Shown here: positions 1 through 9,271 of the stretch, in pieces
Layout: every line of letters begins with the position of its first letter
How positions within the stretch are numbered: position 1 is the first letter of the stretch
From: Nitrosopumilus sp.
GTDB lineage: Archaea; Thermoproteota; Nitrososphaeria; Nitrososphaerales; Nitrosopumilaceae
Assembly: GCA_965203315.1 (NCBI GenBank)
Contig: CBDBCE010000005.1
Coordinates: forward strand, 1 to 64,000
Direction of reading: 5' to 3'
DNA: 64,000 nucleotides
The notes under the pieces: generated by a model
Databases searched by the model: none
The model's input: only the letters and a program-made list of their open reading frames with translations
Told to the model about the DNA's origin: nothing
Program-made: the position numbers and the translations under genes

Positions 1-733
1 AGAAGGTGATCCAATAAATATTCAGATTGGTCCAGATGGAACTACAACACATGATATCGATATTTCCAAATTAGATGATGGTATATACAATGCAGTGATC
101 AACAAAGGAGGCGTTCAGAGTACTGCCAGATTTACTGTTGGTTTAGAGATAGGCTCCGGTCAGATATCTGCAAGTCCCACCAAACTCCAGTACGTACCAG
201 GCGAATCGATCCTAATCTTGGGCAACTCGAAACCTGACATTCTGCTAAGCGCGTCTCTATTTGATCCTAATGGTACAGAGATCAAAAAGATCCACATGCC
301 TTCTGATAGCGAAGGAAATTTTCGTGGCGAGGGATTACGAATCCCATCTCATGGTATGGTCGGTCAATGGAAGGTAAAGATTGCGAGTGGCTCCAATTTT
401 GAGAGTGTTGACATAGACGTTGTATCGATAATTCCACAAGGCATTCGAGTTTCGATCAACGAGAGCAGTGAGTCTTACTCGTTCGGAAAACTCTTGAATA
501 TCGATATCGAAGGAGTGGCCCCAAAAACAATGGTTGGCGTAGTGATCACAAATATTGATGGAACAATAGTTGATGATTCGCTATCGTGCACTGCTACTGT
601 TGAGTCGCGTTGTACTGTTCATTGGAGAGTGGATGGTGAGATCGAAGTTGGATTGTACACCATCACAGTAACTAGCGGCTCTGATACCGCATCTGCTACA
701 TATGAAAAGTTAGATTCTGGATTCTTTGGCTAG
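1..733 (+). CDS. C-terminal part of large Ig-like repeat surface protein (thaumarchaeal biofilm-associated-like), begins before window
   Basis: Frame open from position 2 to TAG at 731-733; beta-rich Ig-like segments (YVPGESILILG, GQWKVKIASG, GLYTITVTSG). Confidence 0.6.
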   Translation, partial: EGDPINIQIGPDGTTTHDIDISKLDDGIYNAVINKGGVQSTARFTVGLEIGSGQISASPTKLQYVPGESILILGNSKPDILLSASLFDPNGTEIKKIHMPSDSEGNFRGEGLRIPSHGMVGQWKVKIASGSNFESVDIDVVSIIPQGIRVSINESSESYSFGKLLNIDIEGVAPKTMVGVVITNIDGTIVDDSLSCTATVESRCTVHWRVDGEIEVGLYTITVTSGSDTASATYEKLDSGFFG

Positions 734-1067
734 TTCATGACTGTTGGACATACAGTTCTACATTTGACTGAGATCGATATTATCTTGTAATGAACACAGA
801 TGAATACACTGGTACGCCGATCTAATCTATTATCACTATCAATCTACTCGAACATTTGCATACATGTACCTTGACACTCTATTTGTTATGTTCTTGTATT
901 CTGTATGCTGCCATGCAGATACATGATATCTATTCTGTATGTGAGACGAGTTTATCTGCCTGTACGTAGTGTATAACATATAGCATGCGTATAACATATA
1001 GCATGTAGTATATCTAGAGTACGTTGATATCAAGATTCATTTTTATTTTAGTGCAAACTATGGTTGA

Positions 1068-1580
1068 GTGTTGAATCTAAGAGACAAGATTGCAGAGTAT
1101 CCAAACTTTCCTAAAAAAGGTATTCTCTTTAGAGACTTTACTCCAATCTTGCTCGATCCATCTGCACTCTCTTTCATGGCCGACGAGTTTTCAAGACACT
1201 TTCATCCCAACGATATAGATATCTTTGCGGGAATCGAGTCTCGTGGATTCATACTGGCAACGATCCTTGCTTCAAGGTACAATAAAGGAATATTGATGAT
1301 ACGCAAGACTGGCAAACTTCCATCAAAGACATACAAAGAATCTTACAAGACCGAGTATGGTAAAGACACCCTTGAGATTCAAAGAGATGTAGACCCGAAT
1401 CAGCGTATTCTGATATGTGATGATCTACTTGCAACAGGTGGGACGGCAAAAGCAGCAGCAAAACTCATAGAAAAAGTTGGATGCAGTGTAACTGGGTTTG
1501 CATTCATAATCGAACTGACAGAACTCGATGGACTCAAGAGCATATCCAAATACAATTGCAAGTCTCTGGTGAGATACTAG
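1068..1580 (+). CDS. apt: adenine phosphoribosyltransferase
   Basis: [25 protein letters not shown] motif [13 protein letters not shown]. Confidence 0.95.
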   Translation: MLNLRDKIAEYPNFPKKGILFRDFTPILLDPSALSFMADEFSRHFHPNDIDIFAGIESRGFILATILASRYNKGILMIRKTGKLPSKTYKESYKTEYGKDTLEIQRDVDPNQRILICDDLLATGGTAKAAAKLIEKVGCSVTGFAFIIELTELDGLKSISKYNCKSLVRY

Positions 1581-2368
1581 TGGACACTGTAGAGATTGGA
1601 GTATTTGGCGGTACTGGAATCTATGACTCTGAACTACTTGAAGATACATGTGACGTTGATATCAATACGCCTTTTGGTGACCCATCTGACACAATAACTG
1701 TCGGAACCTTTAATGGCCGTAGAATCGCTTTTCTTCCGCGCCATGGACGAGAACATACAATTCCTCCTCACATGATAAACTATAAAGCAAATATCTGGGC
1801 GTTTAAAGAGCTAGGCATCACTAGAATTATAGCACCTTCTGCAGTTGGCAGTCTCCAAGAAGAACTAGCTCCAGGTCACTTTGCATTACCGTCTCAATTT
1901 CTAGACTTTACCAAAGGCAGAGACGGATCCTTCTCTGAGCGAGGTAGGGTCATCCACATATCTGTGGCAGATCCGTTCTGCCCACAACTCCAATGTACTA
2001 TATCCGATGTTGCAGAAACACATCAGATACCACTACATCAAAACTGTACATATGCGTGTATTGAAGGTCCTAGATTCTCAACAAAGGCAGAATCTATCCT
2101 GTATAAACAGATGAACGCTCATATTATTGGGATGACGCTAGTTCCAGAGTGTCAACTAGCTCGAGAAGCTCAAATATGTTACGCATCAATCTCTACTATC
2201 ACTGACTATGATGCATGGGCCGCAAAACCTGTTACCGCCAAAGAGGTTTTAGACACATTTGCAAAAAATGTAACAAAGACAAAAAAGATATTGATGGATA
2301 TTATCACAGACATTCCTAAAGATAGGACGTGTAATTGTTCACGCGCTTTAAAAGATGCCGAGTTCTAG
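1580..2368 (+). CDS. mtnP: 5'-methylthioadenosine phosphorylase
   Basis: [28 protein letters not shown] motifs; GTG start overlaps apt stop. Confidence 0.92.
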   Translation: MDTVEIGVFGGTGIYDSELLEDTCDVDINTPFGDPSDTITVGTFNGRRIAFLPRHGREHTIPPHMINYKANIWAFKELGITRIIAPSAVGSLQEELAPGHFALPSQFLDFTKGRDGSFSERGRVIHISVADPFCPQLQCTISDVAETHQIPLHQNCTYACIEGPRFSTKAESILYKQMNAHIIGMTLVPECQLAREAQICYASISTITDYDAWAAKPVTAKEVLDTFAKNVTKTKKILMDIITDIPKDRTCNCSRALKDAEF

Positions 2369-2649
2369 TCATCGATGAAAGATTCTCTCTTTAATCCTGA
2401 TGGGATAGTAAAATCGCCTTCAAGTAGTATGTCTTGCAGTAACAAGATTACTTGTTCGGTGTCGTATCCGAGACTGGATATCTCTTGTTCTATTGCATTG
2501 TCAAGTTTTACTCCGATGTTTTGACCTCCGATTCTACCAAATGCAATAGCTGTAAAATCAAATTCGTGCTCATCTAGATCAAACTTGCCGGTTATCTTTG
2601 CAGCCATCTGAGTACCTTCAACATTCTCTACATGTACTTTGATCTTCAT
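2365..2649 (-). CDS. conserved thaumarchaeal hypothetical protein
   Basis: Overlaps the next ORF in operon fashion; globular composition. Confidence 0.7.
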   Translation of the reverse strand: MKIKVHVENVEGTQMAAKITGKFDLDEHEFDFTAIAFGRIGGQNIGVKLDNAIEQEISSLGYDTEQVILLLQDILLEGDFTIPSGLKRESFIDD

Positions 2650-3065
2650 ATCTCTACAGCTTTGTTTATGTTGTCGTCAATTAAAAAGCTCCAATGCTGA
2701 TCATCTGACACTGCAAAGTCGTTTACATTCAATTCTATTACGCGTTCATCAATACATTCGTGTTTTATCTGACAATCTTTCTTTAACTTCACTAGTCGCC
2801 ACTTGTATCTGCCTTGCTGTAACTTGCAGACTAGTACTGCCCATCTCTCATCCTCAGATATCTCTGGCATTCCAACCAAATCGGCAAGCTCTTCGATTCC
2901 AAGTTGCTTCTCTTCACAGAATCGTTTCTTGCATACTCCACACCTCCATACGTCTACTGACCCTATTGTATGCTCATCTATGTTGATGTTTACGACCCCA
3001 AAATATACTGGTTGATGTTTACACACTGCGATCGAGTCCATGATTGAATCCATTGGATGTGACAT
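2646..3065 (-). CDS. hypothetical Cys-rich (Zn-binding) protein
   Basis: CxH...CxxC motif; tight overlaps with neighbours. Confidence 0.7.
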   Translation of the reverse strand: MSHPMDSIMDSIAVCKHQPVYFGVVNINIDEHTIGSVDVWRCGVCKKRFCEEKQLGIEELADLVGMPEISEDERWAVLVCKLQQGRYKWRLVKLKKDCQIKHECIDERVIELNVNDFAVSDDQHWSFLIDDNINKAVEI

Positions 3066-3418
3066 TATTTAGTCCTTGCATCGTCGTAGTGTGGTTCTAG
3101 AACAGTACCGATGTTGTCTACTATCTTGTTTTGCCCAAACGGTCTTCCTCGTCGTTCACACATTCTTCGATACATGTTGACTGCCGTAAATCTAGGATGC
3201 ATCGACTCAAACTTGTCTTCTGGCATATCTATGAATGCACCAGCATCAACTAGATCAAGCGCAACTCTTCTTGCATCTTTTACTGTAATGTCTAATCTAT
3301 CTGCAATCTCTGATACGGACATACTGCCACCACATACTATGAGTAGATATGCCTGTGCCTGTAACGGTTCGAGTTCGATCTCGCTTATCAATTGTTCTCT
3401 AATCTGATCAACGCTCAT
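3065..3418 (-). CDS. TrmB-like winged-HTH protein
   Basis: QAQAYLLIV..GSMSVSEIADRL...ALDLVDAG HTH pattern. Confidence 0.7.
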   Translation of the reverse strand: MSVDQIREQLISEIELEPLQAQAYLLIVCGGSMSVSEIADRLDITVKDARRVALDLVDAGAFIDMPEDKFESMHPRFTAVNMYRRMCERRGRPFGQNKIVDNIGTVLEPHYDDARTK

Positions 3419-3454
3419 ACATTATTTGACGTGTGTTCTTTAATCTATTTGTTG

Positions 3455-3631
3455 GGTTCTGTTCACTTGACGGAGGTTGACATCTTTTGCACAAAATTCT
3501 CGAAAAATTTTGCAAAATACGGAAACGGTCTCATATCGACCATCGTAAATTGTTGCTGTTTTGAGCCACATGTTGTGCATTTTTTGTGATAATGTCATAA
3601 CGATCCCAAACCCAGTCGATTGAACAGAACC
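3455..3631. mobile_element. MITE family F (177 bp, IS6-type TIR), copy 1
   Basis: TIR GGTTCTGTTCA...TGAACAGAACC; homologous 177-bp copy at 45923-46099. Confidence 0.75.
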
Positions 3632-3676
3632 GACATAAGGACTATTGCTATCTCGTAAACACTGATCTGTTCTATC

Positions 3677-3810
3677 TATAGTCACGAACGGAATTGTTTT
3701 CCGTTTACTCGAACATATGTGTGGTCAGAGACGGAATTTACCTCTGGCAGAACAGATAACGCCAAATTGTGATACCACCGACTAGGAAAATCATTATGTT
3801 CACGACTATA
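3677..3810. mobile_element. MITE family A (~134 bp, TA-flanked), copy 1
   Basis: TIR TATAGTCACGAAC...GTTCACGACTATA; inverted homolog at 43992-44126. Confidence 0.75.
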
Positions 3811-3845
3811 TATAAAATATATTGTCCAAAACATTGGTTGTGCAT

Positions 3846-4337
3846 ATGGACAAATCGAACACTCATACAAGAAATATAAACTATACTGCCTTAGACAAAA
3901 CACTAAGACGAATAGAGAAAAAAATAGCATCGACATTAAAATATTACATACCAAATACAGACAACAAAGAAGTAAGATCTGTTACAAAGTATTTGATGAA
4001 AGATATTGCAGATATAGTGGCAGAGAATATGGAAGAGAATAAAAAGATCATATACAGAAAATACACTACGCCAACAATTAACAAGATTGCAGAAGCGTTT
4101 CAAAATATTAAAATCGTAAAGCAAGTATGTTATAAAAGTCAATCAAAACCAGATCTTATGATGCTAATTGTGGTATATGATAGCAAAAATGAATATTATG
4201 CGGATAATAAGATTTATGATGTAGTTGAAAAGTTGAGTTTTAGCAACATGCGTATAGATTTGGATGTAGTGAGTGCTAGTCTAGTTGAAGAATATCCTGA
4301 CTACTTGAAAAACACCGTCACTATACTAAAACGATAG
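3846..4337 (+). CDS. hypothetical protein, paralog of the C-terminal domain of the AT-hook protein (possible degenerate nucleotidyltransferase fold)
   Basis: Aligns by eye with 33148-34503 C-terminus (KIA..LKYYI..TD.KE.RS.T.YLM.DI.DIV.ENM); ATG 3846 is ~30 nt after TATATATAAA. Confidence 0.75.
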   Translation: MDKSNTHTRNINYTALDKTLRRIEKKIASTLKYYIPNTDNKEVRSVTKYLMKDIADIVAENMEENKKIIYRKYTTPTINKIAEAFQNIKIVKQVCYKSQSKPDLMMLIVVYDSKNEYYADNKIYDVVEKLSFSNMRIDLDVVSASLVEEYPDYLKNTVTILKR

Positions 4338-4366
4338 GATCAAATGATTATGTAGTGTCCAAGTCA

Positions 4367-4481
4367 GAATCTTTTCGATTTATGTGGGATAGCGTTTCGC
4401 AAGAAGGTTTCCATAATCTTCCATTTTAGAATCTTGGTGTTTTCTATAATGGTTCACATCCCATGTAAACCGAAAAGATCC
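4367..4481. mobile_element. MITE family B (IS6-derived), copy 1
   Basis: Ends GAATCTTTTCGATTTATGT / ATGTAAACCGAAAAGATCC match TIRs of the IS at 38562-40063. Confidence 0.8.
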
Positions 4482-4544
4482 TTCTAATTGACTATACATA
4501 AATCATAAAGATTTGAGTTGAATTTACACTAACATAAAACAATC

Positions 4545-4826
4545 ATGTACCATAGACACGGACTACTTTTATTGTATCTCTATGTGAACCAAGTTATGTC
4601 TAGATTCACAACTGCGTGTATTGCCACATACACTGTATCTCGCGAGGTTTCTGTTACCATATATCTTGGTAATGAAAAGGTAACCATAGGACCAAAAATG
4701 GGGACTGGTAGTGTACTGTTACAAGGAAGCAAACCTATAGATGCTCCTTGTGGATGCGGTGGAACATATTCTATATTGGGGGCAGCAAACGCTTCAATTG
4801 AAACTTTATGTATTGATTTATCATGA
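4545..4826 (+). CDS. possible hypothetical protein or 5'-truncated remnant
   Basis: ATGA overlap with downstream ORF; beta-strand/Cys-containing C-terminus. Confidence 0.35.
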   Translation: MYHRHGLLLLYLYVNQVMSRFTTACIATYTVSREVSVTIYLGNEKVTIGPKMGTGSVLLQGSKPIDAPCGCGGTYSILGAANASIETLCIDLS

Positions 4827-5680
4827 AGCATAGAATTGCCACTATACTTGTAATAGTCATCGCACCGATTATTGTCGGCGTAATTACTGTGCCCGTATAC
4901 AACTATTACACATATACTATTCCGATGAAAGATCCACTAATCAACTATGTTTTAGCTGATTTTCATTACCCTCGTGTTGAATCGCTTGATTCTAACTTTC
5001 TTACTATGAAAAGCATCACACTTTTGGATGATGAATCAATCGATGTGGAGTTTAGTCCAGATTCCAGATACATAAACTCTGATGGATTAAATTTCACACA
5101 TGTTCAAAACATCAAGATAGGTCAAACCTTTGTTGTATCGTGTAATCAACATGATGATGCTGACAGAATACAGATAACGACTAGTTATGAGGAATTGTTA
5201 AAACAGATGAATAAAACTTTTCAAAGAGTTAAAGTAAATGTAAATGATGAATTTTTTAAGACATGTCAAAATAATTTTGATGTGCGTGTGTGTCAAGAGC
5301 TCTACACAATGTTTCTTGAATCAAATAAAACCAATTTTATGACAGAGATCCGAGTTGATACGAGACCGTATCTTGATAAAGAGTTTTATGACAAACCATT
5401 CGTTAATATTTTAAAGTATATGGGACTAGGCGAGATTGGTGGAGAGCAGGTTTATGTATTTCACCACGTGGATGGATATCTCAGAGATAGCGTCTCATGT
5501 GACTATCCACAAGTGATAAAATATTCTGTTGATCTAGTCGATCTAGACATACCAGATTGGCTTCTCTGTACATTTAAAGAAGATTATAGACCTAGTCTCA
5601 TTTTGTATGATTTCCAAGAATCAAGATGTGAATCATACCGAGATAGATCAGTTAACGCAAATGCGATCTATACAGAATAA
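4823..5680 (+). CDS. hypothetical membrane-anchored exported protein
   Basis: N-terminal hydrophobic helix (IATILVIVIAPIIVGVITVPV), 285-aa ORF. Confidence 0.7.
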   Translation: MKHRIATILVIVIAPIIVGVITVPVYNYYTYTIPMKDPLINYVLADFHYPRVESLDSNFLTMKSITLLDDESIDVEFSPDSRYINSDGLNFTHVQNIKIGQTFVVSCNQHDDADRIQITTSYEELLKQMNKTFQRVKVNVNDEFFKTCQNNFDVRVCQELYTMFLESNKTNFMTEIRVDTRPYLDKEFYDKPFVNILKYMGLGEIGGEQVYVFHHVDGYLRDSVSCDYPQVIKYSVDLVDLDIPDWLLCTFKEDYRPSLILYDFQESRCESYRDRSVNANAIYTE

Positions 5681-5929
5681 TAAAATCACAATGGCTGTTT
5701 TGTAAAAGGACTGATAACATTATCGATCTTTCTGGTTTGTTGTAACAATACTTGTTATGAACAGCACTTGATCGTATAATGTTCACAAAGCTTATTGATG
5801 ATTATCCCAATTGTCAGTCTTCCCAAATGTCTACTTGTCGAATCACTGCCGTCTCAGGCGGTGGTCGTGGCAAGATGAATGAACAGGTATACGCCAACAT
5901 ATTTGAAAATCTAATTGACTAATTTGATC

Positions 5930-6041
5930 AGTTCTTTTAGATTTATGTGGAATTGTATTTCACAAAGCTTTTTGCTAATTGTCTCTTGTGGAATCTTGTG
6001 GTGTTTTCTGTAACCATATTCCACGTAAGCCGAAAAGATCC
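5930..6041. mobile_element. MITE family B, copy 2
   Basis: AGTTCTTTTAGATTTATGT...ACGTAAGCCGAAAAGATCC. Confidence 0.75.
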
Positions 6042-6094
6042 ATTTGGTAACAATAGATAAATCACTGAATCAATTTGACTGTGATATTATCCAT

Positions 6095-6282
6095 GTGAAT
6101 AGCTTATAAAGATTTACTCTGATTCACGACTATTGTGCATAGCATACGCTAGGGATGTGTTCCCATGTAAAGGACTGCGAACATATATCCATTCGAGTGG
6201 TTAACTCACTATCATTCTTCGTCCATTCGTCAAAATCTGTACATTTAGGTCGCCGAGTGATATCTCAAATATCTTCCGTACG
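6095..6282 (-). ncRNA. putative bridge RNA / seekRNA of the IS1111 element
   Basis: Contains GACCUAA (target left), UGAUA (complement of target right), AUGGAUA (donor left), AUGG (complement of donor right) in that order; exact ends unknown. Confidence 0.65.
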
Positions 6283-7290
6283 TTAATGATTTCGACTACA
6301 ATGTGTGACATAATCATCCCTATCTATAAGCATATGGTACATCAATCGTAGTAGTTTGGAGGCAGTTGCAACAGTTGCTTTGCTTACCGCGCGTCTCTTT
6401 TTAATTCTGTTATGAAATTTTGTAATGTAACTATGGGGCTCACATTTTATGTGTACATGAACTGCTTCGGTCAATGCCCATCTAAGCATTTTATCACCTT
6501 TCCTCGTTATATGTCCATGATTTTGTTTACCAGCTGAATTACGAACAGATGGTACTATTCCTGCATACGAACATATCTTACGAACAGTTGGGAATCTCTT
6601 GACATCTCCAATACTAGATATTACAACAAGTGCAACAAAGTTTCCAACTCCGGGAATCGTCTTTAACAACTGTGCATCTTGTGATCTCTTTACCTCCTCA
6701 CGCATTTTAATATCCAATTGTCTAATCATTTCTTCATGGCAAGTTATCATATCTAGATAGTTGTCTATTCTATAATCCTCAAGTTTCTTCAATTCCTCTC
6801 TAAATGACTTGCTAAAACTTGAACCAGGTATTTTAATCCCATATTGCAGTAATATCCCATGTATGAGATTCTTGTATTTTGTTCTACTCTTTACAATTAC
6901 ATCCCTATGTCGAACCAACTGTTTTAATTTAACAGTGTATTCACTAGGAACAAAACAAGGCGAGATATAATTTCCTCTTAAAAGATCTGCCAGTGTCCAT
7001 GCATCCACCTTGTCTGTCTTTTTCTTTGATTCGGCAATAGCCTTTGTTTGATATGGATTCGATAGTACTACATCAAATCCCAATTCATCTGTCAAGTATC
7101 TATACAGCCAATACCATACTGACGATGACTCCATCACACAACGTGTATTGAGTGGTGTAAATTGTGCAAAGAATTTTTTGAGACTGTCATGATCTGTAGC
7201 AACACGCTCATTGAGTATACGCTTGCCATCCTGATCCATTGCTGCAATTTGCAGAAACCTCTTGTGTGCATCTATTCCGATATAGATCAT
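6283..7290 (-). CDS. IS110-family transposase/recombinase
   Basis: IGIDAHK, VMESS, KTDKVDA (DEDD); TIPGVG, YAGIVPSVRNSAG (catalytic Ser), RWALTEA; likely start MIYIGID. Confidence 0.95.
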   Translation of the reverse strand: MIYIGIDAHKRFLQIAAMDQDGKRILNERVATDHDSLKKFFAQFTPLNTRCVMESSSVWYWLYRYLTDELGFDVVLSNPYQTKAIAESKKKTDKVDAWTLADLLRGNYISPCFVPSEYTVKLKQLVRHRDVIVKSRTKYKNLIHGILLQYGIKIPGSSFSKSFREELKKLEDYRIDNYLDMITCHEEMIRQLDIKMREEVKRSQDAQLLKTIPGVGNFVALVVISSIGDVKRFPTVRKICSYAGIVPSVRNSAGKQNHGHITRKGDKMLRWALTEAVHVHIKCEPHSYITKFHNRIKKRRAVSKATVATASKLLRLMYHMLIDRDDYVTHCSRNH

Positions 7291-7425
7291 CTTGTTTTTC
7301 TTTTTTAGATGGGTAATCTGTTCGTTTGCATTTTCTCTTTTAGATCGCTTTACAGGTGATCGCTTGGATCGACTCACATACCTTCTATCATCTGAATGTA
7401 CTCTGATCGGCTTCTTCACATATGG

Positions 7426-7641
7426 TTAGGTCTTGCTGAGTCTCTTTGATATCTTTAGCGAAAAACCCATCGCGATAAAATGAACTATTGCACCTGCTAC
7501 TGCTGCAACTATTAGATCATCTATCAATACCCAGATCAAACCAAATATTACAAGAGACGGCACAGTGACGATCAGAGCAATAATTGTTCCACGTAACGCT
7601 ATCTCTCGTTTTGTCAGTCTAGATCTCTTATCCGACATCAA
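7426..7641 (-). CDS. small two-TM membrane protein
   Basis: Two hydrophobic helices; conserved-looking thaumarchaeal ORF. Confidence 0.7.
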   Translation of the reverse strand: MMSDKRSRLTKREIALRGTIIALIVTVPSLVIFGLIWVLIDDLIVAAVAGAIVHFIAMGFSLKISKRLSKT

Positions 7642-7708
7642 CCTTGAATGCTGTAACAGTAATAAAAATCAAAGATGCTTTATATTGGTCAAAGCCAAAT
7701 CAAAGATC

Positions 7709-8164
7709 GTGGCAAGCTACAAGGGAGCATACTCTAATGAACAATCGTTAAACTTTGTCGTTCCGATAATCGTGATACTGTTTCTAGGAATCATATATGT
7801 GATGGCGCAACGAACCGACTCTGGATTTGCTAGTTTCATCTTGATTGGATCAGCTGCAGTTGCAATGTTTTATTGGGTGCGAGTACTCAAGAATATGACA
7901 AAGGATAGAGCTCCTACATATACTCAAGCACGTGAAGAGAAGAAGAATTGGGTGTACGATCTGATCAAAGGGGAGACAGAGTTTGTCTTTGTGGCCGAAG
8001 TTCCTGGTCCTGAAGACAAGATTGCTGTACGTCTCATCGATGGAATCCTATACATACGTGGTACGTCTGGATTCTCAAAAGAGATTCCTATAGATGGCGC
8101 AACCGATATGCAGATATTCGACTTCAAGTATAGGAACGGCGTATTGACACTACGAATAAAGTGA
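7709..8164 (+). CDS. membrane-anchored Hsp20/alpha-crystallin-like protein
   Basis: Two TM helices then VFVAEVPGPED...YRNGVLTLRI. Confidence 0.75.
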   Translation: MASYKGAYSNEQSLNFVVPIIVILFLGIIYVMAQRTDSGFASFILIGSAAVAMFYWVRVLKNMTKDRAPTYTQAREEKKNWVYDLIKGETEFVFVAEVPGPEDKIAVRLIDGILYIRGTSGFSKEIPIDGATDMQIFDFKYRNGVLTLRIK

Positions 8165-9271
8165 TCAGAGACTCTTTGCAAGCTCGAGTTTTTGTGGAAG
8201 ATACTTTTCTGTAATGTTTGTTAGGCCATACTTTGAGAATGCTTCTAGCTCGGCCTTGCGTTTTATTCGCAAGAATACATCCAGCTCTTTCTTCCAGATG
8301 CCATCTTCATATCGAGGATCTCTCTTCAAGTCATGGCATCTCTTGATATCGGATTCAGTCATGGGTATAGTTGGAAGTTTATACTTTTCAATGTCTGTTG
8401 CCCACACGCCTACCCATTTTGCATCTGGGACAGTGAGCTCTCGTAGATGAGCTGCGTTGGCCGAACCAGACTTTATCACCATTGCAATATGTTCTCCATA
8501 TACGTCGCCGTCGGTCAGTACGATCACCGGTAGACCCATCTCGTCATGAAGGCGTTTGAGCAGTGTTCGTGTAGAACGAGGCGCTTGACCTCCTGTATTG
8601 ATGATTATCGATTTGAACTTTTTGTCCACCTGCTCTTCTACAAATCTTGTAAAGAGTCCACCCTTCTCTATGGCGATTACGATCTCGGCACTAGTATCAA
8701 TGAACTCTGCCGTTGTGAGGCTTGGACCTATAGAGTAACCATCTGGATGGTTCGATAGATTCATCGGCTTTCCTTCATATCCTGGTATTGTATATTCTAT
8801 ATTCAAGTCGCCAAATATCGAACTACGTTCTTCAGGAAATATGTGAAAGTCTTCTCTTGGTCTAGACGTCACTGCTTCTAGATCAACTATTATGTTGTCA
8901 GATTCTGACTGATCTTCAAACTCGATCGCAAATGCCTGCGATGAGTAGTATACATCTCGAAGTGTAGATGACTTTTTCTCTTGCGTCAGTCTGTTTGCAA
9001 AGAATGCAAGCCACATCAATTGGGTAAAAGATCGTAACTGTGACGAATTTCGAGAGCTCCTCAAAGCTGCATTCTCTCCTAGAATGTATTGGCGCAGTTT
9101 CTTGTCGTATACGATATTGTTTACCGATCTACTGGGAATTAAGAACTTGGGGAACTCGCCCTTGTCGAGTTCTTCATATATCTGCATACCTTGCTTTTTT
9201 AGTATCTCTAGTACATTCTTTTGCTTATTCTTTGCTTTCTGTTGCAACTCTTTTGTCTTACTTGTTTTCAA
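8165..9271 (-). CDS. top6A: DNA topoisomerase VI subunit A
   Basis: STLRDVYY, IEKGGLF, TGGQ, TDGDVYG, KAELEA motifs. Confidence 0.97.
   Translation of the reverse strand: MKTSKTKELQQKAKNKQKNVLEILKKQGMQIYEELDKGEFPKFLIPSRSVNNIVYDKKLRQYILGENAALRSSRNSSQLRSFTQLMWLAFFANRLTQEKKSSTLRDVYYSSQAFAIEFEDQSESDNIIVDLEAVTSRPREDFHIFPEERSSIFGDLNIEYTIPGYEGKPMNLSNHPDGYSIGPSLTTAEFIDTSAEIVIAIEKGGLFTRFVEEQVDKKFKSIIINTGGQAPRSTRTLLKRLHDEMGLPVIVLTDGDVYGEHIAMVIKSGSANAAHLRELTVPDAKWVGVWATDIEKYKLPTIPMTESDIKRCHDLKRDPRYEDGIWKKELDVFLRIKRKAELEAFSKYGLTNITEKYLPQKLELAKSL

Larger units (their letters stand above)
6090..7425 (-). mobile_element. IS110-family (IS1111-group) insertion sequence
   Basis: Sub-terminal inverted repeats ATGTGAA/TTCACAT; TAA core on both sides (6087-6089, 7426-7428, minus strand); DEDD recombinase; long 3' non-coding end. 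Confidence 0.85.

Noticed and set aside
973-1006. 18-bp duplication TATAACATATAGCATG; similar micro-repeats at 30966 and 62266
   Set aside because: Ordinary slippage repeats in decayed spacers
3440-3954. ORFs 3440-3685(-) and 3682-3954(-)
   Set aside because: Coincide with MITE F and MITE A; likely non-coding
7291-7419. N-terminal extension of IS110 transposase
   Set aside because: Canonical start MIYIGID at 7290; the upstream part is the element's left end
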